Under the pieces are notes generated by a model. It did no database searches, had not been told where the DNA came from, and saw nothing but the letters and a program-made list of their open reading frames with translations. Shown here one piece after another: positions 9,434 through 18,687 of a DNA stretch of 64,000 nucleotides (positions are counted from its first letter, which is position 1; each line of letters starts with the position of its first letter). The position numbers were made by a program, and so were the translations under genes. Origin of the DNA: an uncultured Gemmatimonadales bacterium (GTDB lineage: Bacteria > Gemmatimonadota > Gemmatimonadetes > Longimicrobiales > RSA9); contig OY970192.1 in assembly GCA_963708135.1 (NCBI GenBank), forward strand, positions 3,968,001 to 4,032,000, given 5' to 3'.

Positions 9434-10423
9434 ATGCGGCCTCGCGCGATGCCGCCATCCGCCCTGGCCGCCTGCGCCCTCGCCCTCTTCGCCGCGAGCC
9501 TCGCCGGCTGCGGCTCGCCCCGCGCCGGGCGCGGCCCGCCGTCCGGCGATTCCGTGGCCGGCGCTGCGACGCCCGGCGCCGCAGCCCGCACCGCTCCACC
9601 CCTCGGCGCCCCCTCGAGTGACGGCGTCGCGTGCCCGGTGGTGCTCGACACCGCCGCGCTGCCGGCCTCCCTCCACGAGTCCAGCGGCGTGGCCGCCAGC
9701 CGGCGCCATCCCGGCGTCTTCTGGACGCACAACGACTCCGGCGGGCGCCCCGTCGTCTACGCCGTGGACGCCACGGGTCGGTTGCTCGGCTCGGTGACGA
9801 TCCTCGGCGCGGCCAACATCGACTGGGAAGACATCGCCCTCGCCCCCTGCCCGGACGGGGCCGGAGACTGCCTCACCATCGCCGACACGGGCGACAACGC
9901 CGAGCGACGCCAGGACATCGTGCTCTACCGTGTCCCGGAGCCGGAACCGTCCGCCACCGAAACCCCGCCCGCCGTCCGGATCCCGCTCCGCTACCCCGAT
10001 CACCCGCGCGACACCGAGGCGCTCTACGTCCTCCCCGATCGGGCCGCGTATCTCGTGAGCAAGGGCCGGAGCGGCCCCATCGAGCTGTACCGCGTTCCGC
10101 CCGCGGGCGGCGTGCTCGAGCCGGTCGAGCGGATTGCGCCCCGGCCCGCCGAGCTCGGCGACGAGGTCACCGCCGCCGCCGCCCGTCCCGACGGCCGCGT
10201 CGTGGCCGTCCGCACCTACGCCGCGCTCTACTTCTTCCGCGTGGGCCCCGACGGCCACCTAACGCCCATGCCGCCGCGCGCCGGCATCGACTTGGCCAGC
10301 GTGGCGCAGGTCCAGGGGGAAGGTCTCGATCTGCTCCAGGATGGCACGGCCGTGCTCACCAGCGAGGCGGGACCCGGCGGCACCCGCGGCGCCATCGCCC
10401 GGATCCGCTGCACCATCCCCTGA
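9434..10423 (+). CDS. Lipoprotein, beta-propeller-like secreted family (HNDSG/DWED motifs)
   Basis: AAGGAG RBS, lipobox LAGC, conserved ESSG, WTHNDSG, DWEDIA, IADTGDN, QGEG motifs. Confidence 0.75.
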   Translation: MRPRAMPPSALAACALALFAASLAGCGSPRAGRGPPSGDSVAGAATPGAAARTAPPLGAPSSDGVACPVVLDTAALPASLHESSGVAASRRHPGVFWTHNDSGGRPVVYAVDATGRLLGSVTILGAANIDWEDIALAPCPDGAGDCLTIADTGDNAERRQDIVLYRVPEPEPSATETPPAVRIPLRYPDHPRDTEALYVLPDRAAYLVSKGRSGPIELYRVPPAGGVLEPVERIAPRPAELGDEVTAAAARPDGRVVAVRTYAALYFFRVGPDGHLTPMPPRAGIDLASVAQVQGEGLDLLQDGTAVLTSEAGPGGTRGAIARIRCTIP

Positions 10424-10442
10424 CTGCCGCCCGCCCGGCGGC

Positions 10443-10796
10443 TCAGCGCTGCTCCAGGTACCGCTTCAGCGCCAGCGCCGAGTTGTGCTCCACGTCCGCC
10501 GCCGCATAGACCAGCGTCACGTTCCCGCGCTCCAGCTCCTTCCGCAGCATGCCGACCACGCTCCGATGCTCGCTCAGCTCCGCCCAGTAGCGCCGCACGA
10601 ATTCCTCCCAGCGTGCCGGCTCGTGGTCGTACCAGCGCCGCAGCGCGGGGCTCGGCGCCACCTCCCGCAGCCACAGGTCCAGCGAAGCCCGCCGCTTTGT
10701 CACGCCCCGCGGCCATAGCCGCTCCACCAGCACCCGCGTACCGTCCCCCGGGGACGGCGCCTCGTAGATGCGCTTCAGTCGCAGCTCACCGGCCAT
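10443..10796 (-). CDS. DUF488 family protein (YeaO-like)
   Basis: LKRIYE...DGTRVLVERLWPRGV, VAPS..LRRWY.H, VTLVYAA.D.EHNSA. Confidence 0.9.
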   Translation of the reverse strand: MAGELRLKRIYEAPSPGDGTRVLVERLWPRGVTKRRASLDLWLREVAPSPALRRWYDHEPARWEEFVRRYWAELSEHRSVVGMLRKELERGNVTLVYAAADVEHNSALALKRYLEQR

Positions 10797-10975
10797 TCGA
10801 GTCGTTCCCTCGCGAGGGCATTGCCGCGCCGCCGCGCGCGCTCGGCGCCCCTACACTAGGACCCCCGCGAAGCCGGGGTCAAGCAATGGTGCCCGGAACC
10901 GCCTCGATGCCCTCCGTCGGCTATCCCATAAGATGCGCAGGCACAATGGTTTGTGGCGAACGAAACACGCGCCGC

Positions 10976-10991
10976 CGGCACGGATGCTGCA
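10976..10991 (+). promoter_or_regulatory. Candidate sigma54 promoter for the lytic transglycosylase gene
   Basis: CGGCACGGATGCTGCA matches YGGCACG-N4-(T)TGCA, about 80 nt before the start codon. Confidence 0.45.
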
Positions 10992-11073
10992 CCGTTTTGA
11001 CCCTGCCGGAGACCGCAACCGGGGCCCGCGGACCGTCGAATCGACCTCAGGCTAACCAGGCGTCAGGAGCCTC

Positions 11074-12024
11074 ATGATCAGCAGCGACCGAACCGCGACC
11101 GCCCGCCGTCGGACCCGCTCCGGCGGATACACCGTGCGTGCCCGCCGCTGGCCGGGCCGGCCTCCGTTCGACGGCGCCGGCCGGCCGTATGGCGGCTGGG
11201 CACGGGCGTTCGACGCGGCCGTTCCGGAGGATGCCGAAAACCCCTTCCTTCGCCGTCGCCACGGCGAGGTCGAGTGGCACGACCACGAGAGGCGTGCGCA
11301 TGACCGCCGCGCCGGGATCGACCGCCGCGACGACGGAGATCGCCGCCGCACCGACCGCCGCACGAGCCTGCTCCAGCGAGGTCGCGACTTCGCCCAGCGC
11401 TTCCGCGAGCCGATCATCGGCCTCACGATCGCGGGCGCGGCCGCGCCTCTGATCCGGGCCGGCAGCCGCTCGGCGGCCGCCTCCGCGGCGCCGGCGCCGG
11501 CGCGCCAGCCCGGGCCCGCCTCCGCCGCCACCGCGCGCGGGACGGATCCTGACGCCGCCGTAGGGGCGCGTTGGGCCAACGCCGAGCGCGACTCGGTGAT
11601 CAGCCGCGCCACGGGCGCATACAACATCTCGCCCCAGCTGGCCGCGTCGATCTACGACCATGCCCGACAGGAGGGCATCAAGCCCGAGCTCGCCTTCGGC
11701 CTCGTCCGCACCGAGAGCGCGTTCGACCCGCGCGCCATCAGCAGCGTCGGTGCCCGTGGCCTCACGCAGCTCATGCCGCGCACCGCCCGGTGGCTCCAGC
11801 CCGGCACGCGCGCGACGGACCTGTACCACCCCCAGACCAGCCTGCAGCTCGGGTTCCGCTATCTGCGCCACCTGCTCGACAACTACAACGGCAACGAGCA
11901 TCTCGCGCTGCTCGCCTACAACCGCGGCCCCGGGACGGTGAACCGCATCCTGCGGCAGGGCCGCAACCCCGCCAACGGGTACGCGCAGAAGGTGCTGGGC
12001 TTCGCCAGCCGCGTCGCCCCCTGA
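11074..12024 (+). CDS. Lytic transglycosylase (SLT domain) with Arg-rich N-terminus
   Basis: LVRTESAFDPRAISSVGARGLTQLMP, LLAYNRG SLT motifs. AGGAG RBS. Confidence 0.9.
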   Translation: MISSDRTATARRRTRSGGYTVRARRWPGRPPFDGAGRPYGGWARAFDAAVPEDAENPFLRRRHGEVEWHDHERRAHDRRAGIDRRDDGDRRRTDRRTSLLQRGRDFAQRFREPIIGLTIAGAAAPLIRAGSRSAAASAAPAPARQPGPASAATARGTDPDAAVGARWANAERDSVISRATGAYNISPQLAASIYDHARQEGIKPELAFGLVRTESAFDPRAISSVGARGLTQLMPRTARWLQPGTRATDLYHPQTSLQLGFRYLRHLLDNYNGNEHLALLAYNRGPGTVNRILRQGRNPANGYAQKVLGFASRVAP

Positions 12025-12096
12025 GCCCGCGGCGCGCGCCGGCACCTCCGCCCCCCGGCCGGTGTAGCCGAGAGAACTCGAGACCCGGGGGACGAA

Positions 12097-13614
12097 GTGC
12101 AGCGCGGATTCCGTAATGTCGTGCCGGCGGCGCTTCTGGCGCTTGCCGGGCTGGCCGCTCCGGCCGCCGCCCAGCACATCGATACGCTGGGCATGCGTGC
12201 CCACACCTATTTCCTGTCGAGTGACCTGCTCCAGGGTCGCGGAACCGGGACCCGCGGCGCTCATCTCGCCGCCGCCTACCTGGCCTCCGAGCTCCGTCGG
12301 CTGGGGCTCCAGGGAGTGGGCCCCGGGGGTGCCTACCTTCTGCCCGTCCCGCTCCAGGCCGCCGATGTGAACGACGCCACCACCACCCTCTCCGTCGCCG
12401 TGGGCGCCGACACCCTCGTCTTCCACTCGGGAATCAACTTCGTCCTGAATACCGGCGCACGCGCCGCGTTCCACGACATTGCCGGCCCCGCCCTCTTCGT
12501 CGGAACCGCCGCCCAGGCCGACGGGGCGCTCGAGGGCCGCAGCGACGTCGCCGGCAGCGTGCTGGTCGTGGCCGGAACCCTCGGCGCCGATGCCGCCACG
12601 CTCATCCCGGACTGGATCCGCCGCGGCGTGGCCGGCGTCATATTGGTCGTCCCCGACGCCGACCGCTTCCGCCTCCTCGCCGACTCCCGCGGCGGCGCCC
12701 GCATGTTCCTCGACGGCGCTGGCATGGACGATCCGGTCTGGCAGCCCGCGCTCCCCGAGATGGTGGCCGGCCCCGATGTCGCTCGCGCCCTGCTCGCCGG
12801 CGCACCCCTGGACGAGACCATGGTGGATGGCCATTCGCGGATCCGGGCGCTCCCGCTCGCGCGCTCCGTGACCACCCACGTGGTCGTGTCCTTCCGCCGT
12901 GTCGATGCCGCCAACGTCGCCGCCCTGCTCCCCGGCCGCGACCCCGCGCTCAGCCACCAGGTCGTCGTCTACACCGCGCACTACGACCACCTCGGCATCG
13001 GCGCGCCCGACCAGTCCGGTGACTCCATCTTCAACGGGTTCTCCGACAACGCCGCCGGCGACGCCATGCTCCTCGCCATCGCGGAGGCCATGAAGACAAG
13101 CCCGCCGGCCAGGTCCGTCCTGTTCCTGTTCCCGACCGGCGAGGAGCGAGGCCTGCTCGGATCCACGGCGTACGCCGCCGCGCCCGCCATCCCGCTCGCC
13201 CGCACCGTCGCCGTGATCAACCTCGACGCCGGCGCCCCGCCCGCCCCCCCGCTCGACTGGCGGATCGCCGGCGGCACCGCCTCTAGCCTCGGCGCCGAGG
13301 CCGTCCGCATCGCGAAAGCGCACGGCTGGACCGCCACATCCTCTCCGCCGTCGCCCAACTCCGACTACTGGCCGTTCCTGGCCCGCGGCGTCCCGTCCGC
13401 GTTCATCATCCCCGGGCCCGACTGGGAGGGCGTGGGCGCCGCTGAGAAGGCGCGCCTGGATGCCCGCTGGGAGCACTACCACCAGCGAGGCGACGAGTGG
13501 AAGCCCGACTTCCCTTTCGTCGGCCTCGCCCGCTACGCCCGCCTCGCGCTCGAGCTCGGAATGCACGTCGCCGACGCCCCTGCACGCCCCAAGCTCCTCT
13601 CGGCCGGCCGCTGA
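12097..13614 (+). CDS. M28 family metallopeptidase, secreted
   Basis: Signal peptide; YTAHYDHLG, GFSDNAAG, TGEERGLLGS, NLD, SDYWPF, YHQ. Confidence 0.9.
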   Translation: MQRGFRNVVPAALLALAGLAAPAAAQHIDTLGMRAHTYFLSSDLLQGRGTGTRGAHLAAAYLASELRRLGLQGVGPGGAYLLPVPLQAADVNDATTTLSVAVGADTLVFHSGINFVLNTGARAAFHDIAGPALFVGTAAQADGALEGRSDVAGSVLVVAGTLGADAATLIPDWIRRGVAGVILVVPDADRFRLLADSRGGARMFLDGAGMDDPVWQPALPEMVAGPDVARALLAGAPLDETMVDGHSRIRALPLARSVTTHVVVSFRRVDAANVAALLPGRDPALSHQVVVYTAHYDHLGIGAPDQSGDSIFNGFSDNAAGDAMLLAIAEAMKTSPPARSVLFLFPTGEERGLLGSTAYAAAPAIPLARTVAVINLDAGAPPAPPLDWRIAGGTASSLGAEAVRIAKAHGWTATSSPPSPNSDYWPFLARGVPSAFIIPGPDWEGVGAAEKARLDARWEHYHQRGDEWKPDFPFVGLARYARLALELGMHVADAPARPKLLSAGR

Positions 13615-13771
13615 CCCGGATAGTGCCGCGTCACAGCCCCCACCCGCCTTCCCGCCGTTTGACGGCCGCCCCCACTTGCAGCGCTCCCCGTCCAGTCCCA
13701 GTTTGCCGGTGCGGAATCATGCGGCGACGCCCGAGCGGGCGCCGCCGCTTCTCACTTCGAGGGAGGTCTCG

Positions 13772-14215
13772 ATGCCGAAAGCCGAGCGCAGCGCCAGCGT
13801 CGTATGGCAGGGGAAGCTCGCGGACGGGAGCGGACGCGTGCGGCTGGCCAGCGGCGCCCTGGATGAGTTCCCCGTCACCTGGGCCTCCCGCGTGGAGAGC
13901 TCCGATGGCCGCACCAGCCCGGAGGAGCTCCTCGCCGCCGCGCACGCCGCCTGCTTCTCCATGGCGCTCTCGCACGCCCTGACTGGCAAGGGACATCCGC
14001 CCGCCGAGCTCCACGTCGCCGCGACCTGCACGATCGAGAAGCTCGACGCCGGCTTCACCATTACCAGCATGCGGCTCCGCGTCGAGGGTGACGTGCCCGG
14101 GATCACGGAGGCCGGATTCCAGGAGGCCGCGAACGGCGCGAAGGCCGGCTGCCCCGTCTCCCGCGCCCTCCAGGGCAACGTGGACGTGAGCCTCGAGGCC
14201 GCCCTCCGCGTCTGA
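13772..14215 (+). CDS. osmC: OsmC family peroxiredoxin
   Basis: GGAGG RBS; TSPEELLAAAHAACFSMAL and AKAGCPVSRAL two-Cys motifs. Confidence 0.9.
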   Translation: MPKAERSASVVWQGKLADGSGRVRLASGALDEFPVTWASRVESSDGRTSPEELLAAAHAACFSMALSHALTGKGHPPAELHVAATCTIEKLDAGFTITSMRLRVEGDVPGITEAGFQEAANGAKAGCPVSRALQGNVDVSLEAALRV

Positions 14216-14266
14216 GACAGTGCACGTCCTGGTCGATCGTTTCCGGAGTACGGTCAGCACCGAGCC

Positions 14267-14415
14267 GGGTCCGTCGTCGGGCTCTCTCGCGCGGAGGCGC
14301 GGGAGGTCCGCGGCGGCGCGGAGGATGCCATGAGTTCACCGCGACTCCGCGGGCCTCCGCGTCCCTGTGAGAGACAGGCACCCCGGCGGTCTCGGGAACG
14401 CGCGTCGTCGGACCC
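14267..14415. repeat. REP-like long imperfect palindrome
   Basis: TCTCTCGCGCGGAGGCGCGG...CCGCGGGCCTCCGCGTCCCTGTGAGAGA arms with outer GGGTCCG/CGGACCC pair, between convergent genes. Confidence 0.6.
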
Positions 14416-14417
14416 TC

Positions 14418-15444
14418 TCATCTCGCGGCGGGGTTTGCCCGCCCGCCCCGCCCCGCCGCCCACGCGTCCGCCGCAGCCGCGAACCGCCGTACGATCGCGC
14501 CTGCCGCCTCCACCGCGTGGATCCCGTCCACGCTCCTGCCCGCCTGGAAGTAGTCCGCGTACGCCGAGCCCCGCAGCGAGGACCGCTTGAGCTTCCACGC
14601 GGCCTGGAGCTGGTACAGGAGCCGCATCGCGTGTTTCGTGCGCCGCCCCCTGAGCATCCGTCGCGCCAGCCACCCCGCCTTCGTGCCCACCCGCTCGATG
14701 TACGGCGTCCGAATCACCGCCAACGGCACTCCCGTCACCTTCTCCGTGATCGCAATGTCATCGGCGTTCGCCTCCAGGATCGCCCTCTGGTAGTCCGGAT
14801 GCACCCGGCACTCCGTCGTCGCGATGAAGCGGGTGCCCATCTGCACCCCGGCATAGCCGAGCGCGAGCGCCCCGACGAATCCCGCCTCGTCGCCGACGCC
14901 GCCCGCGCACACCACCGGAACACCCAGGTCGCCCAGCTCGTCCATGAGCTGCTCCGGCGTCCTCGGGCCCGCGTGTCCGCCCGCTCGGCTGTTCACCGCG
15001 ATCAGTCCCCGCACCCCGTTGTCCAGCGCCTTCAGCGCCCACTTCCGCTCCGTCACGTCGTGGTACACGATCCCGCCAGCCCGCCCCACCCGCTCCACTA
15101 CCCAGCGCGGGTTGCCCAGCGACGTCACATAGAAGCGCACCCCCTCCTCCAGCGCCACCTCCAGCCATCCCCTCCATCCGCCGCCGATACGCCTTCTGCG
15201 ACCGCTCCACGATGACGTTCATCCCGATCGGCTTCGTCGTCAGCCGTCGGATGAGACGCACCCCCTCCCGAAACTCGTGGCCGTGCACGTACACCAGCGA
15301 CATCGGCTGCAGGATCCCCAGCGCCCCCGCCTTCGAGGCCGCCGCCACCAGCTCCGGGTTGCTGCACGGGTACATCGCGCCGCACAGGATCGGAACCCCT
15401 ACTCCCGCATCGCGCGTCAGCGCCGTCTCGATTCCCACGCTCAT
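14418..15444 (-). CDS. Nitronate monooxygenase / 2-nitropropane dioxygenase family flavoprotein, frameshifted
   Basis: N-part (PILCGAMYPCSNPELVAA..KPIGMNVI) and C-part (AGGHAG, AGGVGD, GVQMGTRF) join if one base of the C4 run at 15169-15172 is removed. Confidence 0.85.
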
Positions 15445-15923
15445 CTCGCCTCCCGCGGCCCGATCCGCCACCGCACACGCGCCCGCGCCACCACTTCCCC
15501 CGCCTCGTCCCGGATCTCGGCCGGGAACGTGTGCTCGCCCTCCACCCGCCAGTCCGGAATCGCCGTGTCGCACAAGCCCGTCATCCGCCCTCGCCCCTTC
15601 TTCACGTAGTCCACCTCCAGGCCCACCGGGATGCCCCGCGCCTCCGCCGGCAAGCCGTACGTCACCGCCAGCCCCGACACCAGCTCCGCCAGGTTCGCCA
15701 GCGCGATCGCGTGCACCGAGCCCAGATGGTTCCGCACCCGCCGCCGGCCCGCCATCAGGATCCGGCAGTGGCCCGCCCTCAGTTCCACCACCCGAGGCCG
15801 GATCGTGCCGGAGTACGGCACCACCAGCGAGATCACCCGGCTGAACGTCCAGCGGCCGCCCGGAATCCCCGACAGCCGGTCCCAGCTCGTCCGCACGAAC
15901 CCCTCCGGCGACGCCAGTCGCAT
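15441..15923 (-). CDS. Hotdog-fold thioesterase-like protein (DUF4442/PaaI-like)
   Basis: PYSGTI, RRVRNHLGSVHAIALANLAE, YVKKGRG. Stop overlaps the next ATG. Confidence 0.85.
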   Translation of the reverse strand: MRLASPEGFVRTSWDRLSGIPGGRWTFSRVISLVVPYSGTIRPRVVELRAGHCRILMAGRRRVRNHLGSVHAIALANLAELVSGLAVTYGLPAEARGIPVGLEVDYVKKGRGRMTGLCDTAIPDWRVEGEHTFPAEIRDEAGEVVARARVRWRIGPREAR

Positions 15924-16100
15924 CCCGCCCCCTTTCCCGCTCGGCCTTGATCCCCCAGCCCCTGGCCCCATCCCCTGAAACGGCTGTTTTCCACCACCCC
16001 GTCCTGTTCCCACTCCCCACCGCAACCCCCTGCCCGCGGCCCCCTTCCACCCCCTCACCACTCCTACAACCACCGTTTGACCCACCCCACTTCGACAGAA

Positions 16101-16118
16101 TTCCAATGGGGATTGGAA
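16101..16118. promoter_or_regulatory. Palindromic operator-like site TTCCAAT-N4-ATTGGAA
   Basis: Perfect 7-bp AT-rich inverted repeat just upstream of a TTGAGC-17-TATGTT promoter (16146-16174) in a divergent intergenic region. Confidence 0.5.
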
Positions 16119-16302
16119 ACACCGATTCCCCACCCGCCGTGCCCCTTGAGCTTGGAGGCGCAATTGCTTATGTTTAGACCCGGTTCCGAGCGAACTGCCC
16201 GACCCGGGAACTCAGGCGGAAAATAGAGGATTTTGAGCTTGTGGGCGGATCGCCGCGAGGTCGCGTGTGGTCCGATTGATGGCATTGAAAGGAGACCCGC
16301 GC

Positions 16303-16926
16303 TTGGCTACGACGATGTTGAAGGGCACGCCGCGCAGGCGGGTGCAGCTCGGAGAGATGGCGGACAACGCGCTCGTGGCGGCGCACCTCGAGGGCCACCC
16401 CGGGGCGTTCAACGAGCTCTACGGGCGCTATCATGACAAGCTGGTCCATTTCATTGCGCGCAAGACCGGCGACCGCGATCGCGCCGAGGATCTGGTCCAG
16501 GAGGCGTTCATCCGGGTCACCCGGCATCTGCACCGCTTCGACCAGTCGAAGAAGTTCTCGACCTGGATCTACACCATCGCGGGCAACCTGTCCAAGAACG
16601 AGCTGCGCAATCGCTCGCGGAGTCCGCTGGTCCTGTTCCAGAAGCTGACCACGCACTGGGACCCGGACCACCGGCCCCTCCAGTTCGAGGACCTGAGCAA
16701 CCGGCCGGACGATCTGTACCGCAAGCGCTTCCTCCAGGACCTGGTGGAGCGTACGGTCGAGCAGCTGCCCGAGCACCACCAGCTCGTCTTCCGGCTCCGC
16801 GAGCTCGAGGGCAAGAGCTACGAGGAGATCGCCGAGATCACCGGCGTGAACCTCGGCACGGTGAAGAGCCGGCTGCACCGCGCCCGGACCAGCTTTGCGG
16901 AGCGGATCGAGCCGCACCTGAACTAG
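16303..16926 (+). CDS. ECF-type RNA polymerase sigma-70 factor
   Basis: Region 2 AEDLVQEAFIRV...FSTWIYTIAGN, region 4 SYEEIAEITGVNLGTVKSRLHRAR. TTG start after AAAGGAG. Confidence 0.92.
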   Translation: MATTMLKGTPRRRVQLGEMADNALVAAHLEGHPGAFNELYGRYHDKLVHFIARKTGDRDRAEDLVQEAFIRVTRHLHRFDQSKKFSTWIYTIAGNLSKNELRNRSRSPLVLFQKLTTHWDPDHRPLQFEDLSNRPDDLYRKRFLQDLVERTVEQLPEHHQLVFRLRELEGKSYEEIAEITGVNLGTVKSRLHRARTSFAERIEPHLN

Positions 16927-16946
16927 GCGATGTTTCCCGTCCGCCA

Positions 16947-16982
16947 AAAGGCGCCGCGCCCACTCCCGGGCGCGGCGCCTTT
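16947..16982. terminator. Bidirectional intrinsic terminator
   Basis: AAAGGCGCCGCGCCC / GGGCGCGGCGCCTTT perfect 15-bp stem between convergent genes. Confidence 0.8.
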
Positions 16983-17001
16983 CGCATCCCCGCCCGTCCG
17001 C

Positions 17002-17853
17002 TCACCGCCCGCACGTCACCCCGTCGGGACCCGCCGAGAACGTGAACCAGCGTCGCCCCCCGCTCAGCGTCTGCTCGACCACGGAGCCGCATGGCACGCG
17101 CGCCCGGCCGGCGTCGATCACCAGCGCGGGCCGGCCCTGGATCTCCAGCCGGAACTCGCGCGCGTCGCGCGGCAACACGATCGCGAGCGAGGTCGGCCCC
17201 TCGAGCGGCGGCAGCGCCAGCCGTCCAGCGCTGGGCCTGGGGACCGAGATCGGCCGGCTGCCCAGGATGCGGAAGCTGTTGCCTTCCCAGCGGACCGTCA
17301 GGGCCCGCAGGCTGGAGGCATCGGGAAGGGAGACGACGGCCGGCGGCATCCCGGCAAGGTAGGCGGGCTGGAGCATCGCCTCCCCCGAGCTCGGCGCGGG
17401 CGGCGCCGGCAGCGCCTCGGCCGCACGCTCGCCGTACGGCCGCGGCGGCTTCCACGAGTAGGACGCGCTTCGCTCGAGCGTGCCGAACGTCTGGGCCGCG
17501 CCAGCACCGGGCAGCCGCACGCGCACGGCAGCCTGCTCGGGCACGACGACGAGATAGTCCACCCGTGTTGCCCCGGCGGAGGTGAGCGTCAGGCGCTCGC
17601 GCGTGTCCGAGATCCCGAACCCGGCGAAGCCGTTCGCCGCCCGGGCGGTCACCTCGACCTGTCCCCGCTGTCCGTGGATCACGTGCACGGTGCCCGGCGC
17701 GTCCGACTGTACGTCCACCGTCAGACTCGAGCCGAGGAACGTGAACAGGCGGTGCTCCGTCGGCTGCAGCACCACCGCCTGCTGTGCGCGGGCCACGCGC
17801 GGAAGTGCCGCCCCGGCGGCGAGCGCGGCCACCACCATCGTAAGCGCTTTCAT
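17002..17853 (-). CDS. Secreted hypothetical protein
   Basis: AAAGGAG RBS, signal peptide MKALTMVVAALAAG...ARA|QQ, beta-rich mature part. Confidence 0.7.
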   Translation of the reverse strand: MKALTMVVAALAAGAALPRVARAQQAVVLQPTEHRLFTFLGSSLTVDVQSDAPGTVHVIHGQRGQVEVTARAANGFAGFGISDTRERLTLTSAGATRVDYLVVVPEQAAVRVRLPGAGAAQTFGTLERSASYSWKPPRPYGERAAEALPAPPAPSSGEAMLQPAYLAGMPPAVVSLPDASSLRALTVRWEGNSFRILGSRPISVPRPSAGRLALPPLEGPTSLAIVLPRDAREFRLEIQGRPALVIDAGRARVPCGSVVEQTLSGGRRWFTFSAGPDGVTCGR

Positions 17854-17956
17854 GATCTCTCCTTTCCGCTGCACCGGCCGACCCGGGCGAGGGGCACCGT
17901 CGGCTTTCCCATGGTACCCGTCCGGGCCGGCAAGGGTCGGCGAGCGGCCTGCGGCC

Positions 17957-18514
17957 TCAGCCGCCGCTCGTATCGGGCGGCGGCGAGGGCGACGTCGTGC
18001 CCGCGGCGGGCTCCACGTTGAGGTACAGTGTCTTCTGCAACGTCCACCCGGACTCCGGCTGGAGGGCCGCTTCCTGGACGCGTTGCGAGGACTCCGCGGG
18101 CGTCGCCTGCTCCAGCGTGCCCGTCAGCCCCGTCAGCTGCTGGCCGGGCTGCGCCTTCGCCCCCGACTCCACCCACAGGACGTCGTTGCCGGAGCGCAGC
18201 CAGAAACCGGTCCCCGTGGGCTTCCCCACCACCACCCCGCGCGCGCTCACGCGCTGCCCCACGTCCTCGGGCCCGAGCGGCAGGAGGCTGGAAAGCTCCA
18301 CCGCCGTCCCCTCCGGCGCCCCGGGCGCAGGCATCGCCGCGGGTGCGGCCGGCGTCTCCGGCTGCGTTCCCGGGGGCGCCTCGGCCGCCCGCGTCGTCTT
18401 GCGCGTGTTGACCAGCGCGGCAATGCCCCAGATGAGCAAGGCGAGCACCACCAGCCCCACGAGCCAGGGAATGACCGACGGCCCCTGACGCTTCTCGAGA
18501 TTGATGTCCACCAT
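17957..18514 (-). CDS. Hypothetical single-pass membrane protein
   Basis: AAGGAG RBS; MVDINLEKR + TM (IPWLVGLVVLALLIWGI), Pro/Ala linker, OB-fold-like C-terminus. Confidence 0.7.
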   Translation of the reverse strand: MVDINLEKRQGPSVIPWLVGLVVLALLIWGIAALVNTRKTTRAAEAPPGTQPETPAAPAAMPAPGAPEGTAVELSSLLPLGPEDVGQRVSARGVVVGKPTGTGFWLRSGNDVLWVESGAKAQPGQQLTGLTGTLEQATPAESSQRVQEAALQPESGWTLQKTLYLNVEPAAGTTSPSPPPDTSGG

Positions 18515-18687
18515 GGTTCATATCTCCTTGTGCCGCAACTATTTCGCGCTCTAGTGGCGCACCCTTGTCCGGCACCCAGCAGCAGCAAGTTGTGTTCCCC
18601 ATCCGGGACGACCGGCACTCGCGGATGCGCCACGGGGCGAGGTCGCTTCCGCGCCCCCGCCCCGACCCAGCGTGAAGCCCCCGAGGG

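Noticed and set aside
18555..18570. TGGCGCACCCTTGT as a sigma54 promoter
   Set aside because: Spacing is one base short, the -12 GC is absent, and it faces away from the adjacent gene.
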